A stretch of DNA of 53,601 nucleotides, filler included, from Porpidia crustulata (taxonomy: Eukaryota): NCBI GenBank assembly GCA_964255105.1. It is 2 parts of 2 records of this genome, joined end to end, with 100 filler letters (N's around TTAATTAATTAA, not from the genome) between each part and the next. Parts side by side here need not be neighbours in the genome. Positions count along the whole stretch, not along the records: positions 1 to 26,893 come from CAXUWE010000035.1; positions 26,994 to 53,601 come from CAXUWE010000036.1. The stretch is one strand, 5' to 3'. Below, piece by piece: positions 24,384 through 37,306 of the stretch; position 1 is the first letter of the stretch; every line of letters begins with the position of its first letter. The position numbers and the translations under genes were made by a program. The notes below the pieces were generated by a model, which searched no databases, was not told where the DNA came from, and worked only from the letters and a program-made list of their open reading frames with translations.

Positions 24384-26569
24384 ATGCCTGGTGGCACTTC
24401 AGGGCAAGGTACAGGCTCTAGTCTCACCAAGGCGACCATCATTGTCTGTGGAGTGGCCTCCTTGATCGCCTCCATCATATCCTTCTTGTATGTCGGAGCT
24501 CACTTCTTTGCTCCATATGAAAATTAGCTGACAGTTTTACATGTTAGGTCGATATGGCTTCAGACGTATTCTCATAACAGCCCACAGGTAGTCAAGGCAT
24601 TAATTTTGGCTGCAGGAAAAACTACCGAAAACCCCTCCTCCAACGCTATGTTATTCGGATTTTGCTCATGTATGATTGACCACTGCTGTCCCTGGGTATT
24701 AATTGAAGTGTAAATAGGGTCCCCATTTACTCTGCATCTTCATGGGCGAGTATCATGTCACAGACCGCAGCCTTTTACCTCGACCCAATACGCGATATTT
24801 ATGAGGTATATAAAGCAATCCTTACTTGGAACGTAAATGAGCTCAGCTGAGCGAGACCATAGGCCTTCACCATATATACGTTTTTCCAGCTTCTGATAAA
24901 TTTTCTTGGCGGCGAACGCTCCCTCATCATCATGATGCACGGTCGACAACCCGTCCATCATCCTTGGCCCCTGAATCACTGTCTGGCCAAAGTCGACATT
25001 TCTGACCCTCATACGTTCCTTGCCATCAAACGTGGAATACTGCAATATGCGTGGTTAAAACCAGTATTGGGCATAGCAACAATTGTCTTAAAGTCCACCC
25101 ATACATACCAGGAAGGTTATTTCGGACTGACCTCTGGCTATTTGTGGACTGGTATATTGTATAACCTCAGCGTTACACTCAGTCTGTACTCGCTCGCGAT
25201 GTTTTGGGTATGCATGTCGCAAGATTTGCAACCTTTCCGACCAGTGCCTAAATTTCTATGCATCAAATTAATCATTTTCGCTTCTTATTGGCAAGGATTT
25301 TTTCTATCTATCCTGCAATGGCTTGGAGCAATCCCAAGCCTTCCGGACTACACCCCTGATAACCTTGCAGCTGCTATCCAAGACGCTCTAATATGCTGTG
25401 AGATGCCCATATTCGCTATAGCGCACTGGTATGCTTTTTCGTGGCATGACTACGCCGATGTCACCATCTCGGCGGCTCGCATGCCGGTCAAATATGCTGT
25501 ACGGGACGCATTTGGAGTTCGCGACTTAATTGAAGATACAAAAGAAACATTCGGGGGCAACCAGTACGAGTACAGAATATTTGACTCCGGCGATAACATT
25601 ATGGCACATGAAGAGTCGGACTCGCGGGTTGCTCGTATGCGAGAGGGAATGAGGTATGAGAGAGGTGGAAAAGGCAAATACTGGATACCAAAACCGGGAG
25701 AAATCAACAGTCGAACTCCACTTCTTGCTGCTAGTTCGGGGCCAAGTCGAGCTACGACAATGAGTTCTTCGAAGGCAGGAAGAGGTTTGGAGGATGAGCA
25801 AGGATCTGATGAGGTCGTGGAAGGCAACTTGGACGCTGAAGACGAGAGACTCTTTATAAGCGCGAGAGTTTTAGAATATGGAGATTGGAATGTAGGTTCA
25901 GTTCCTATTCATGGTGCACCTCAGACAATGACGATTTAGTACCCTGTTATTACAGCTCATGTGCCATCTTCGGAAAGATGGCTCAGTTCTGACCCGGAAA
26001 TTGTTACTACTTCGACCAACCGGAACCTGTTGCAGCCTTCGAAAGTCAAAAAGGCAAGACGAGCGAGCAGCATACAAAGACGTGCCAATAAAGGCAAGCA
26101 CCGAACCAGCAGTAGTAGCGTTGAATCTTCAAATTCGACGCCATTTCGAGCTCCAGTGGTAAATGAGCTGATTCGTGAGGAGTCTTCATCGAGATCAGCC
26201 AAATCAGGCAGAAGTCAACTAGTCGATCTGGTGGTCGAAGACACTGAGGCAGAGGAAGTGGAGCGTGTTCGAGCCCGGAAAGAGGGCGGAGCTGTATGGA
26301 ACGAACAGGAAGCGAAGCACTTTATCAGGACTTATGATGATGAAGACGAAGGAGATGTGATTCGGAGTGGCTTTGAACCAGACCAAGGATCTCAACCCGA
26401 TCCCTTAGATTTCGCTGTGGGTGATGACGAGGACGAACAAGGAATCGGCCCAGGGCCTGGAGAGACTGACCGACGGAACAAGCGCGATGAACAAGACCGA
26501 AGCCGTACGCAATACGAGAATCTGGACGACCGAAATGTTTGGACCGCAAAGGAAGATGATGCACCTTGA
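24384..26569 (+). CDS. TMEM184 / OST-alpha (DUF300) family membrane protein, Hfl1-like
   Basis: Multi-exon: KNYRKPLLQRYVIRILLM, VPIYS, DPIRDIYE/AFTIYTFFQLLINFLGGER, KFLCIKLIIFASYWQG, AHWYAFSWHDY, acidic C-tail. Divergent from CSF1 across about 410 bp. Confidence 0.92.
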
Positions 26570-26893
26570 TACCCAACATGTAAACCACACTACAGCAATA
26601 GCGCGGCGTTGGGCGAAGTGATTGCATCTCAATGGTATTTCCTTGTACAGGTCTATAAGCTACAAGCTCTAGTTCAGCTCTAAACTACTACCGAAGCCGA
26701 AGGGGTTTGAAGCCAATCATGTCCCACCGTTGTTTATGGGTCACAATAACGATACACCACCCTACCCTACCCGTACACCACCCCCCAAATAGACTTAGCA
26801 TTAGGGTTACCAACCTATCCCGCATCAAACTTCATCTTCATCATCCCCGTCGCCTTTCCTTCAGGATTTCGCCTTCCTATCCACCCATCACCA

Positions 26894-26993
26894 NNNNNNN
26901 NNNNNNNNNNNNNNNNNNNNNNNNNNNNNNNNNNNNNTTAATTAATTAANNNNNNNNNNNNNNNNNNNNNNNNNNNNNNNNNNNNNNNNNNNN
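26894..26993. other. Artificial contig-joining spacer (N44-TTAATTAATTAA-N44)
   Basis: Symmetric N runs flank a 12-mer (26938-26949) that has stops in all six frames. Confidence 0.95.
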
Positions 26994-27282
26994 CACCTTG
27001 ATCCGGTGGGCTGCTGGGGATGTTGGGGAAGGTCTGATCGTAACACGAAGCGTGTGTCGTGTCTTCGCAGTGTGTGTTTGCACGACTCTGTCGTCGAAGC
27101 TGCTTCGAATGCACGAAAATACAGAAAACATGCATAGCAGCTACTCGTACGTCGATGTCGCAGTCGTGTATATATGTATATGTGTGTGCAGAGCGTGTAT
27201 CTTACTCCGCGATCTCTGTATGCAGTGTAAACATCGCGTTCAGTCACAAACGCGCTGCTTCTTCACTGTTTTCGAGTTAACA
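26994..27282 (-). mobile_element. Possible LTR remnant(s) at contig end
   Basis: The minus strand has LTR-like starts TGTTAAC at 27282 and TGTTACG at 27045. The segment is non-coding, has a TATA-like tract and abuts an assembly break. Confidence 0.35.
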
Positions 27283-27446
27283 TTTCTGTTACTCTTGTTA
27301 CTGAAACCTCTAGGCTCTCCTGATAAACAGAAGGTTCGTAGCCAGCACCGCGTACAGGTGGGTTTCGTTGCTGGCCGCTTTTAACTATTTAATCATACGG
27401 ACTTACGTAGTCGATTTTAGATTTATGAACGAAAATAATTTATACA

Positions 27447-28825
27447 TCATACATTAAGCGCTGTCATTATTCTCTCAAGTCTATTCTCCGCGTCGCAGAA
27501 AATCTCCAAAGCCTAAGATTAAAGCAAGATGTTAAGGATAGTCTTACCAATACTGAGACAGAGAGATACTGACTTGGTTTAACTTTCCTCTATTAATGCC
27601 ATCATCACTCGCATCTACTGCGGCTTCAAAGCTGTCTTTGTCCTGGGTGAAGAGATTTGAAAACGGATTTTTCTCATGCGGACGAACGTCGAACAGCGAA
27701 GGTTGCTTGTTTTCCAAGACTGTTCCCAACAGCTTTTCGAGTAGCGGAGCGGGTAAAGTGATGTGGTTAATTCCCGCTAAACTCATAATCTCCTCCACTG
27801 AATTAAGGCTAGCTACGAGGACCTTTGTGGGATACGAGTGTTGCGTATAGTACTGTTGGAGCGTGACGCAGAGGGATTGATTAGGCGATGGATCAATGTG
27901 ACTTTACGCAGATACACATTAATCAATACAGAGCTTTAGAATAACTTTCGTTAATGTAAAAGAGAAAATCTGATCAAAACGAAGAGAAGAAAGAAGTGAG
28001 TCTCGGTGACTTACCCAGGACTCGTCTGAACTTTCAGCTCATGAACGTAAGGTGCAATATAGTGGCATTCTACTTGGCCCGCCAATGCACCTTGTTCAAA
28101 TGTGAATACGGTCGTTGCGAGAGTTTTTACACCCTTCTGTTGTAAGACACGGCAAGCTTGTAGACCCTCCCATGTACCGGCAATCTTTATACAAATGCGT
28201 GAGACGTCGAAATCCCGATCTAGTATCTGATAAAGTGAGATAAGTCCTACAGGAAATCTATAAGTGACCCTCCGAGACTGCAAGTGCCAAGTTGGAATTG
28301 ACTTACGCAGTGCATTGGCTACCGTAGTCTCTGTATCGTAGGCTTTGGTAGGGTTTGTCTGCGTGTGCACAAGTCCTGAAATGTGAGGAGCTATCTGCAT
28401 AGATAGCGCAATCATCTAGAAACTCGTCAGTAATCAAGCCTGCATATACAGCCTTGGTGGTAGCCTGACCGAGAGTTCCACCGCAAGCTCTTCGAAGCGT
28501 ATGCCTGGAAATTGCCCTCCAAGATCTTTTGCTTTAGCCACGGAGTCCCTAAGCAAACCCTGATGGCGGTCCTGCTGGAGTTCGGCAAGCGCGATTGACT
28601 AATGACTTAGTTGTTATTGTGGACGGTCAGCTGCGTATAGCAGATAATCTCACCTGGTTTGATGTACAGTCAACGAAGTTGCCAAGATTCGCAGGTACTA
28701 CTCTGAGCATTAGCAAGTCTCCTAATTGCAGACCTAACTTTGGGCACACCATTGACATCCAGCGTATCGCAATCGACAGTGGTTCTGTCTTGCAAGATAC
28801 TCAGCAAGGTAATAGTTCCAGTCAT
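27447..28825 (-). CDS. Transaldolase/fructose-6-phosphate aldolase family protein, FSA-type active site (copy 1)
   Basis: TTVDCDTLD, FVDCTSNQ, LVHTQTNP, RICIKIAGTWEGLQAC (Lys codon 28185-28187), TLATTVF, HYIAPYVHEL, LAGINHITL, last exon ALEIFCDAENRLE. Confidence 0.9.
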
Positions 28826-29729
28826 CCCTTCAACGAGGCTATTCTTGTTGTTGAAAAGCTGCGTATCACGAATTGCCAATAGCTAACCGGCCGATCTTAT
28901 GAAAATGCTGTTGGTTTCGACTTCCGGTTGCACAAAGAATGGTAAAGTTCTGTTACCGATGATCGGACATACCGTATTATAATACGGCTGTCCCGGCTGA
29001 ATGGCCTAGAGCCGCCATCGCATCGTAGGTCATCTCATTGTCGAAAGCAAAAGAAGGCAACGGGGCGGGGAATCCTAAACAAACCCCTGCCACGCTGCAA
29101 GCTCCAATCAAGACGACGACCGATACACCCAAAAGGGCCACACCCCTGGTGGACTGCAATGACGCTCAGGCAGCAACGCTTTATTCAATGATCCGAGCCT
29201 ACATACGCGAAGGCGTCTCGGAGCTGCAATCACTAATCTGGACTTACATGCCTACAGACGAATCCTGCACATGCAATAGGCTCGTTCGAGCTACCCCATC
29301 ATCTAAAAGTCCAGACTACGAGGATAGACCATAGCTACCTGGAGCTCGCAGTACTATGCCACATGCAAGGCCATAGCAGCTGAAGTATGCTACGGCAATT
29401 GCATTGGCGGCTTTGATCTTTCTGGAAGGCCTTGCGCTCTTGGAACTCAGGGATTCATAGCAATGCACGAGGAGGCGTCTTCATGATTGTTGCTCCACAT
29501 TTATCGTCTCGATAAGACGATCCTCGTGCGGCACAGGAGTATTGATTGAGGCGTGAGCCCTAGGTGCTCGAACGATGTTGAGCATACCGTTCGTCTTCGA
29601 TCATTCAATTCTGGAATATATATATCCTCATCTATCATGGCCGCTGGACCTAATGAGTATTTGTTAAACCTCGCTCTAATCTCGTTACCATTGCTCGCAT
29701 CCTCCTGATTCGTTCAGACCTAAAGCGAT

Positions 29730-31102
29730 ATGAGCTCTACGGTTCCACCGCCAGAAGGCAGCATAAACAAAGCGCCGGCAATGATCATTGCTGGCACAAT
29801 CACTGTCGTCATAGCTACAATATTCGTAGTGTTGAGACTTATGACACGCATATGGATCGTCAAAGCTGTAGGGTGGGACGATTGGACCATTGTCTTTGCC
29901 ATTGTGAGTTTTACCTCTCGTGCCTGGACAAACTGAAAAAGCTTTAGTTAGGGAACATTATCGGCCTCGGACTCGATTACGTAGAGTTCCACTATGGATT
30001 TGGACGACCGGAGTTCTACCTAGATCAGCACCAACTTCTCGAATTTGGGAAGTATACCTATGGCGAGTGGATTCAGACATTTGCCACCCTGATGTGGACC
30101 AAAGTCTCGATTTGCCTCTTCTTGATGCGCATTCCAGCAACAAAGGCTTTGATAAGACCTCTTCAAGGCGCAGTCGTTTTTCTCATCGTCTCCAACGTTG
30201 TTCTCACCTTGTTGTGGATTCTGCAATGTCGCCCAGTCGCAGCTGCATGGGACACGACGCTTGAGCCCAGTCTTTGCTTCACAAGAGGCCAGTTGTTGAG
30301 GATAATCATAGCGCAAGCCAGTAAGTTCAGCAAGCATTGAATATGACCTGCCTAATCATCACCAAAATGTCCAGTAATCTCCGTCGTGTCCGACTTCGCT
30401 TTTGCAAGTTATCCTATATTAATCCTATGGAAGGTCCAGATAAAACTAGGTACGAAAGTGTCACTGTGCTGCTTGATGGGTATAGGTATCTTGTGTGTTC
30501 CCAGTGGTCCGCAATCGACATGAAATTCCTTGCTAAAGCTCGGCCACAGCACTGGAGCTTGTTGCGTTGTGCGCACAGTCCTCAATTATCAATCAGTGCC
30601 GAGAGACAAAACTTGTATGCTTAACGGCTAACGTCGTACTGGAAATTAAATAACTTTCCGATTAGATGGTGGCATCGATAATTGGTTCTGGAGACTGTTT
30701 GTACTCGAACCTAAGATGATGTTTTCGGACTAACATGGTTTTAGGTTCGAGATTCAGATCGGAATCATGGCGGCCTGCGCCCCAGCTTTACGCCCTGGAT
30801 ACCAATGGCTCCTCAAGAAAATGAAAGCGGCCATTGCTAGGAAAAATCATACCAAGCTGTCTGATGAGATCCAATTACAATCCGTAGAGCGGAAACTACC
30901 CACGGATCATGTGGTTAATGGATCTTCTACATTCTTTGGCCATGAGACTTCTATTGACACGGGCTGGAGTCATCCTGGTCCGACTACTGGAAGTATTCAG
31001 AAGACTACGGACTTTGGTGTCGAACATAGGTATGAGAGGCCCTTTCATTTTCTGATAATTAAGCTGACAGTAGATATCCGTAGAACGCAATCAAATGTCT
31101 GA
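29730..31102 (+). CDS. PTH11-like (non-CFEM) fungal seven-TM integral membrane receptor
   Basis: LRLMTRIWIVKAVGWDDW, YGFGR, TKVSICLFLMRI, QCRPVAAAWD, PILILWKVQI, EIQIGIMAACAPALRP. The 3' end is approximate. Confidence 0.88.
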
Positions 31103-32576
31103 ACGTTGAATGGTAGTTCGGGGATTTTTCCATGTGAGAAGGATCTCAGTACAGAGTGTTGACGCGTAAAGGAGGTAGCCTCTAGATTACTTTGACGCGC
31201 ATCTGTATTGGGCGTAAATTCGCAACCTGGCGCAGCGACAGCAGTCATTCCTTGATTATTTACAATCGAGTCGCTCTTAACCGCCTGCGAGACGTGATCA
31301 ATTTTGAAAGGTTTGCGTCATACGAGTAGGGATAGAACCTACAAGCAGTCGACCACACGGTAGAAGTTAGAACGCAAAATTTTCTCGTTACAGACGGCAA
31401 TCTTTTGTTATACCAAGCGTAGCGTGAGTGTTACCCCAAGATGCCGACTACACTCGTAAACATCAGGCCGTTTCGAAAGCGGTTACCACACGATTTGCCT
31501 CGTCAATATTGGATTCAGCATACAGTGGTGATACCAGAGTGTTGTGCCACTGCCCGGGGGACTTCGCAACATTGAAGGGGAAAAGTCCATTTTCTGATTT
31601 GGATCTCGCCTCTAATTGATGATTGTCATGCAATTGGACTTGACTATTGCTAATGGCAATGAACCGAGAGAAAGGCATGGATTCCTGGTTGGTGCGGTTG
31701 TTTCTGACGTCGGATTCCTGATCTCGAGTGGGGAGAATGTTCGGGGCAGACAAACGCGCGGTTACACAAGCGGCTCAAGGGGAGTGACTAAGGGGAGTGC
31801 TTCCATTAATCCATTTAGTGGTAGTATGGAAAGACCAGGGTATACACTACGTCGAGCCGTTTTACCTCTTGGAATACAAAGTCATTGGGCCCGTACCGTA
31901 CTAGTAGTGTATGATATGACGGAGATTACTCCTCAACCTCCAATAGGAACATTACCGATCACGGCTCGAGCATTGCTCTGATCGCCTTGTCCGAACCTTC
32001 TCCACATTCTCTAAGATCACGAGATGACGCTTGCGCTCGAGTCAGTTGCCAACTACCCCTCTTGACTCATCGTTGCACTTGACTCAGCCATAGCGTAACA
32101 ATGAGAGGAGACTACTTATTACTGCCCGGTCCGCCACTACGTCAATGCAGCCAAGCCATGGGAAAGCATACTACTCTATGTGCCGCAGCTCAGCTTCGTC
32201 CATGTCTCTTCGCTTCGTGACCGGCTTTGCCTTTCCCTCGTAGGTCGGTACGCCTTAGGACCCTATGCTCCCTATCTCTCTTTCGGTAAGACGTGCTGAA
32301 TCAGGGACTGATCGTCATGCTCTTCAGCTGCGTGCTTGAAGTTGCATTTGCTTTCTTGCTTCTGCCTGAATTTCTTTCCGCCGTCGCTCGCAAGCTCTCT
32401 CGAGTAGTGCATGGTAGCACATCCTTCAAGTGCCAATCTTAATCGGGCTGTAATGGAGGCTGTGAGACATCAGACCCTCCGTGCCAAATTTATCTTGTTA
32501 TTTTATCTTCATTTCTCAGCATTACAAGATAAGTGAGTGTCTTGTCGTCATCAAGATTTGCTTTGAGACACTCACG

Positions 32577-33695
32577 ATGGAAGACCAACATCATTGCTAG
32601 TATGCATCATTTCGATCAAATATGATAATTTACTAAAGATAGTAGCAAAGAATTTGCATTAAATACAGGGGCCAACATGCCAGCGGTTGCCATTGGGACT
32701 CGCAGATGTGTAATAGTCGGTGCAGTCTACGAAGCAGTGAGAGAGGCTTTGATTCAGGGCTATCGCCACGTTGATACATAAGTCTTCCTGTTACTTTAGA
32801 AGTAATGTACTGTAAAGACTGATGTGCCATTCACTGCCTACTTTTATGGTTGTGAACCTGAAGTTGGACAGGCTATCAGAGATTCAGGTATCCCTCGGGA
32901 GAAGATTTGGGTGACGACCAAGCTCGACAATCAATCACACAATGCTGCGAGCGAAGCGCTTGAGATGTCTCTATTGGCGCTTAGACTGGACTATATTGAT
33001 TTGTATCTTATGCACTGGCCATGCCCAGTTGATCCACACGACAGTACTAAACTTTTGGCTGGTTGGTCTGTCGCCAAAACCTGGTACGTTGATTCTTTGG
33101 ATTCTAGATCGACTACTAACTCTGGGATGATTGGGCAGGTCAGCCATGCAGAACCTGCCTCGCGAAAAAGCGAAAAATATCGGTGTGGCCAATTTCGATG
33201 TGCACAACTTGACGTTGCTATTAAGTGATCCTTCAACTACTGTCGTTCCTTCTGTCAATCAGATTGAGCTTCATCCGTACAACCCTACGCCCAGACTAGT
33301 CAACTACTGTGAAAAGGTTGGAATCAAGTGCCTTGGCTTTTCTCCATTAGGATCGAAAGATTAGCCTGTTTTGCAAGAGCCTCTAATTACGGCTGTCGCA
33401 ATGAGGAAAGAAAAATCACCCCAACAGGTCTTGCTTATGTGGGGTCTCCAAAGTGGTTGGGGCGTTGTTGTTGGCTCGTTCAACTCCAGCCATATCAGAT
33501 CCAATTTCGAGCTGGATGGCTGGTCGCTTTTAGAAAGCGATCTTAAGCAAATTTCTAGCTGCAATACAAGGCTCCGCATCTACAGCGACTTGGAAAGAAC
33601 AAAACTTCCGTGCCGCGTATTCTTCGATAAGGAAGTCAGTTATCAACCTAAGAATCTGATGCGGTTGTTGCTGATTGTATAAGCTACAGGACTAG
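32577..33695 (+). pseudogene. Aldo-keto reductase (Gcy1/Ypr1-like) with an in-frame stop
   Basis: FALNTGANMPAVAIGT, GYRHVDT/AYFYG, IWVTTKL, DYIDLYLMHWP, IGVANF, NQIELHPY, SPLGSKD*PVLQEP with TAG at 33362-33364. The usual IPKS motif reads VVGS. Confidence 0.85.
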
Positions 33696-34257
33696 TGCCT
33701 GGGTCTGATTATTTTCTATTAGATACATCTCCAAATCTTATGAGCTGCATGGAATTTCCTGGTCGAGGTACCAGAGATGCGGCATCTTCCATGCCATCCA
33801 TCTCAAGGCCTAGTAGATGAAAAAAAGAAATATGTCCTATTTTCCTAGGGAATGCTGTGTCTGCTGTTTCTCAGGACCTTTGGAAAACTAAAGGTGGCTC
33901 GAGGTCACCCACATTCCTGAAATGCTGTTCACCTCACGAAACCTCCCACGGACTGAACTAAGCTGCGTGACCAACTATAGGCCTGTCACGGAGAGAAGAA
34001 CGAAATAACCACAGTAATGACTGTAGATACAGAAGCACAATTTTCACATCAGGAGTAAATAATTCTCTAGATTGGACTAGACAGGTTATGCACTGTAATA
34101 TGCACCGTCATCTAAATGCATAGTAGCTTAACAAAATTCGCATGGGCCCGGCTATACACTTGCACCATTGTTCAGACAAGTCGATAGCACCTATCATCAT
34201 GGTCTCAGAGATAGGGTCGTCTTGTTGTGCGCCCAAATACTGGTGTCCGCTAAGGCC

Positions 34258-35039
34258 TTATGCCCCCAAATGAGGATTTTGCGCCCACTCCTCTAGTAAG
34301 CCTTTGTCTGCTCCCTTCACAAGACAATGAAAGTGTTCCAGTGCTCCCACGGATTGAAGAGCCGACCAATTTTTGAACCAGAGGACATTGTCGTCATCTT
34401 CTCGCCCATTCCTGGCCTTAATTGGAGCCACCAAGCGTGCATTGACGAAGCCTTGAACTTGAGCTTCTGCCTCTGGCAAAAGACTCCCATCAGAGGCAGA
34501 AGCTAATGGTGTCTTCAGCCATACGATCAAGTGAGTCACGTCCGGGGGTACAGCGTATGGCCAATCGTTTCGGATTATCTTGTAGTCGTCAGGATGTCCA
34601 AAGGGAGTGGCGTCCCGAGGTATGAGAGGACTATTTATATCATCGATGGACGGCCATTGCAGTCGCAGTCGACATACGAAATTAGACATATTCCCATAGT
34701 CGCGCTTGACGTGTGAAGACCAGACAAGGTAACGACGGAGCTGAGACGGATAACGCTTAAGGAGTTGAAAGTGGCCCGCTTCTGGAACCAAAGTAATGGA
34801 TCAGCGAGCTAGTACCAAACTTCCTCGACGGCGCTCCTTTGGCTGTGAAAGAGCATGCAGATACGTAGAGATTATTTACTGATGATATCCTTTAGCTGTT
34901 CCCAAGTATGTGGTTGGAATTCGTCATCACTCTGCTTAAGATTCTCTTGATTGGTTTCAGATAATTCTGTCAAATTCAGGGCGTCGCCTTCCTCGGTTAT
35001 ACTATGAGCCAGGTCCGTATTCGTCAGAGCCTCGTTCAT
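34258..35039 (-). CDS. DUF3605 / GIG1-Htc1-like HIT-related protein
   Basis: Exon 1 ..DDEFQPHTWEQLKDII; exon 2 LKRYPSQLRRYLVW, DYKIIRNDWPY, HLIVWLK, WFKNWSALQSVGALEHFHC. Confidence 0.88.
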
Positions 35040-36089
35040 GTCTTTTATATTGATTAATAGAACGTTTCTAAGCTTTCAAGAGCGCCGGGAAGCTAGTACA
35101 TATAATCGTAGGCTTTGGTGTTGTATTCGGATTTATCGTTGAATGGCCAATAGCTTCCGCCCGACGCTCCGCCTCCTGGAATTTCTTGGAGTAACGATTG
35201 CATTTGAGAATGACTGCATGATAAACTCTCTGGCGCTTATCGGCTTGGATGAGCCTTATAATGCGACTACTCATGCCTCGTTCCTTCGATCCCTGCACCA
35301 AATCAAACGTTCGAATCAGGAGCAACTCGGCCGCTGCTCTGCAGATGTCAACTCTAGGGCTACATGGAATAAATCCTGCAACAATAAGAGAACCGGATGG
35401 TTATGTAGAGTTTACAATACCATGCATCAAGCTTTTATTCCATTCGATAAGTAAGCGGAACCATCGTTGAAGGGCCTTGTGATTTGAGGGAGATTTTGCC
35501 GTCGACCACACCCAACGAAGGTATGTAAGGTAAGAGATGCCGGTCAGTCAAATCATACTTAATACCTCAGAGGACACAGCCTCAACTCCGTAAGTAACAT
35601 CATGCGTCCTGCATACAGCTGCGCCGTACACGCACGTTTCTCAAATTTGTTATCTTCTGAGAACCTTCCACTCCTGGAAAAGGTCCCCACATATGAAGCC
35701 GATTCAGACTTCGTAGGCATCCGGAAAAAATCAAATTCAGATTTGACTGGAGTGGCATAAGGGAGCGGTGGATAAGAGATAATGGTGCATTGGGAATTAA
35801 GGCAACATGAGGCATACCGATCAACATACAGCGACGTCACTCGCTTTGTAAAATTACTCTACTGATTGCTCAATCATTGGCAAGATGCAAGCCATTTTGA
35901 TCGCCTCGTCTTAAATAGATGTAAGACTAGAAGGGATCGTCCTCCTTCTCCTTCTTTCGTTAGCTTGCTGAAGAAAAAGTACTGGGTGGTACGAATCTAG
36001 GTAGTGATGGTCGGATGACTTCCTGGGCCCAGAAAAAAGGAAGGAGAAGAGTCAAAGAAGGGTGAGATTATCTACCTCAATCATCTGAC

Positions 36090-36760
36090 GACAGTTATTG
36101 AGAAAACCCCTAGCAGCGTCCTTTCCACTCGATGTCGGCTAAACGTCTTGGCTAAACCAGGGCCACACTCCTCTACGCCAGCTACGCTCCATTGGACTCC
36201 CAGCAGCTCTTTTCGGTAACTGTAGATTCACGTAATAAAGCGGGGAGTTTCTAAATTTCTTGGTTGCGCCTTGTGTAGACTAGCCATCGAGGTGAAAAAG
36301 GGACCAAGATGCTGCCGACGCAGAAAACCAACCCACTTGCAGATCAGACAACGGCGGATACCATCCGAGCTCGACTACTGTGTAGATATCGCGAGTCAAA
36401 AGCGACAATTATTCCGTCTCTACCTCAGTAGTGACATAAAGCTGCAATAATCCTGCGAGAGTCTCCATTCTCCGAAAGAGAAGCCTCAACAAGGGAGAAA
36501 TCGATATGAACACTGTTGTACTGATTCCTGCGCCGGAGAGTTTGGACATGCGGCACAGATGGTGGTTCCAATCATATTGAACAAGTCGCCACCGAAGATC
36601 GTACATTTTCGAGAGATACTGTGTAATACAGGCCCACTTGCAGGAGAGGAAGCGGAGGCAGACAGAATTATACATGACTCGTAACCCCCTGCCATATTGG
36701 TGGTAGGTGTCCAGCGGACGCAGTAAACTGGATCATCTGATGGATTGGCCAATTAGGGTC
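36090..36760 (-). pseudogene. Decayed sugar porter (MFS) relic
   Basis: Collinear fragments SCIILSASASSPASGPVLHSISRKCTIFGG..IGTTICAA, then GLVFCVGSILVPFSPRWLV (PFSPRWL at 36281-36301), then RTLLGVFS (~36100-36122), interrupted by stops. Confidence 0.7.
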
Positions 36761-37306
36761 TACTCTACTTCAGGAATCAGTATGCCAAAAAAACCGAAGA
36801 TTCATTGACGCACCTTTCCCAGGATAAACAAGAATTGTCAACCAGGCCAAGTCAGCCGACTCTCTACCGGTATAGGTTTACCTCGTGCAGGTGAATCGCC
36901 GTTGGAGCTGACCAAGTCCACCCACCGCTAATTTATGCATGTATGAGGATTCCTTCTGCTCTCTGCTAGCTGAGCAATTACAGGACCAATAGCTTGTACG
37001 AACCGATTGCCTCGAGATGTGCAGTGCGGTCCAATCTTGATGCTGTGGGACGTGAAAGGCACTTAGTGCGCTTGAACGATTCTGTACTCTCTTGTAGCTA
37101 TGTGGCGGAAAGTGGGTGTGCTGACCGTCATGGTCGAAACATTGATACCGTATGGAATGGTTCGACGGAGGTAATGCTTCAAAAGTTCTGCTTAATTAAC
37201 CGGTCTGAACTTCATCATACAGAACAGAAATTTCTTTGAGTAAGTCACTAGATTCCAGATTGTCGGAACTATTGAAAGTTCTTAAAGCACTAGCCAAAGA
37301 CGAACC

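Noticed and set aside
26800..26893. Possible 3' end of a minus-strand gene (..GDGWIGRRNPEGKATGMMKMKFDAG*)
   Set aside because: Too short and cut by the gap to support a call.
26938..26949. TTAATTAATTAA palindrome inside N runs
   Set aside because: Synthetic six-frame-stop linker. It is not biological, and linkage between the two halves cannot be inferred.
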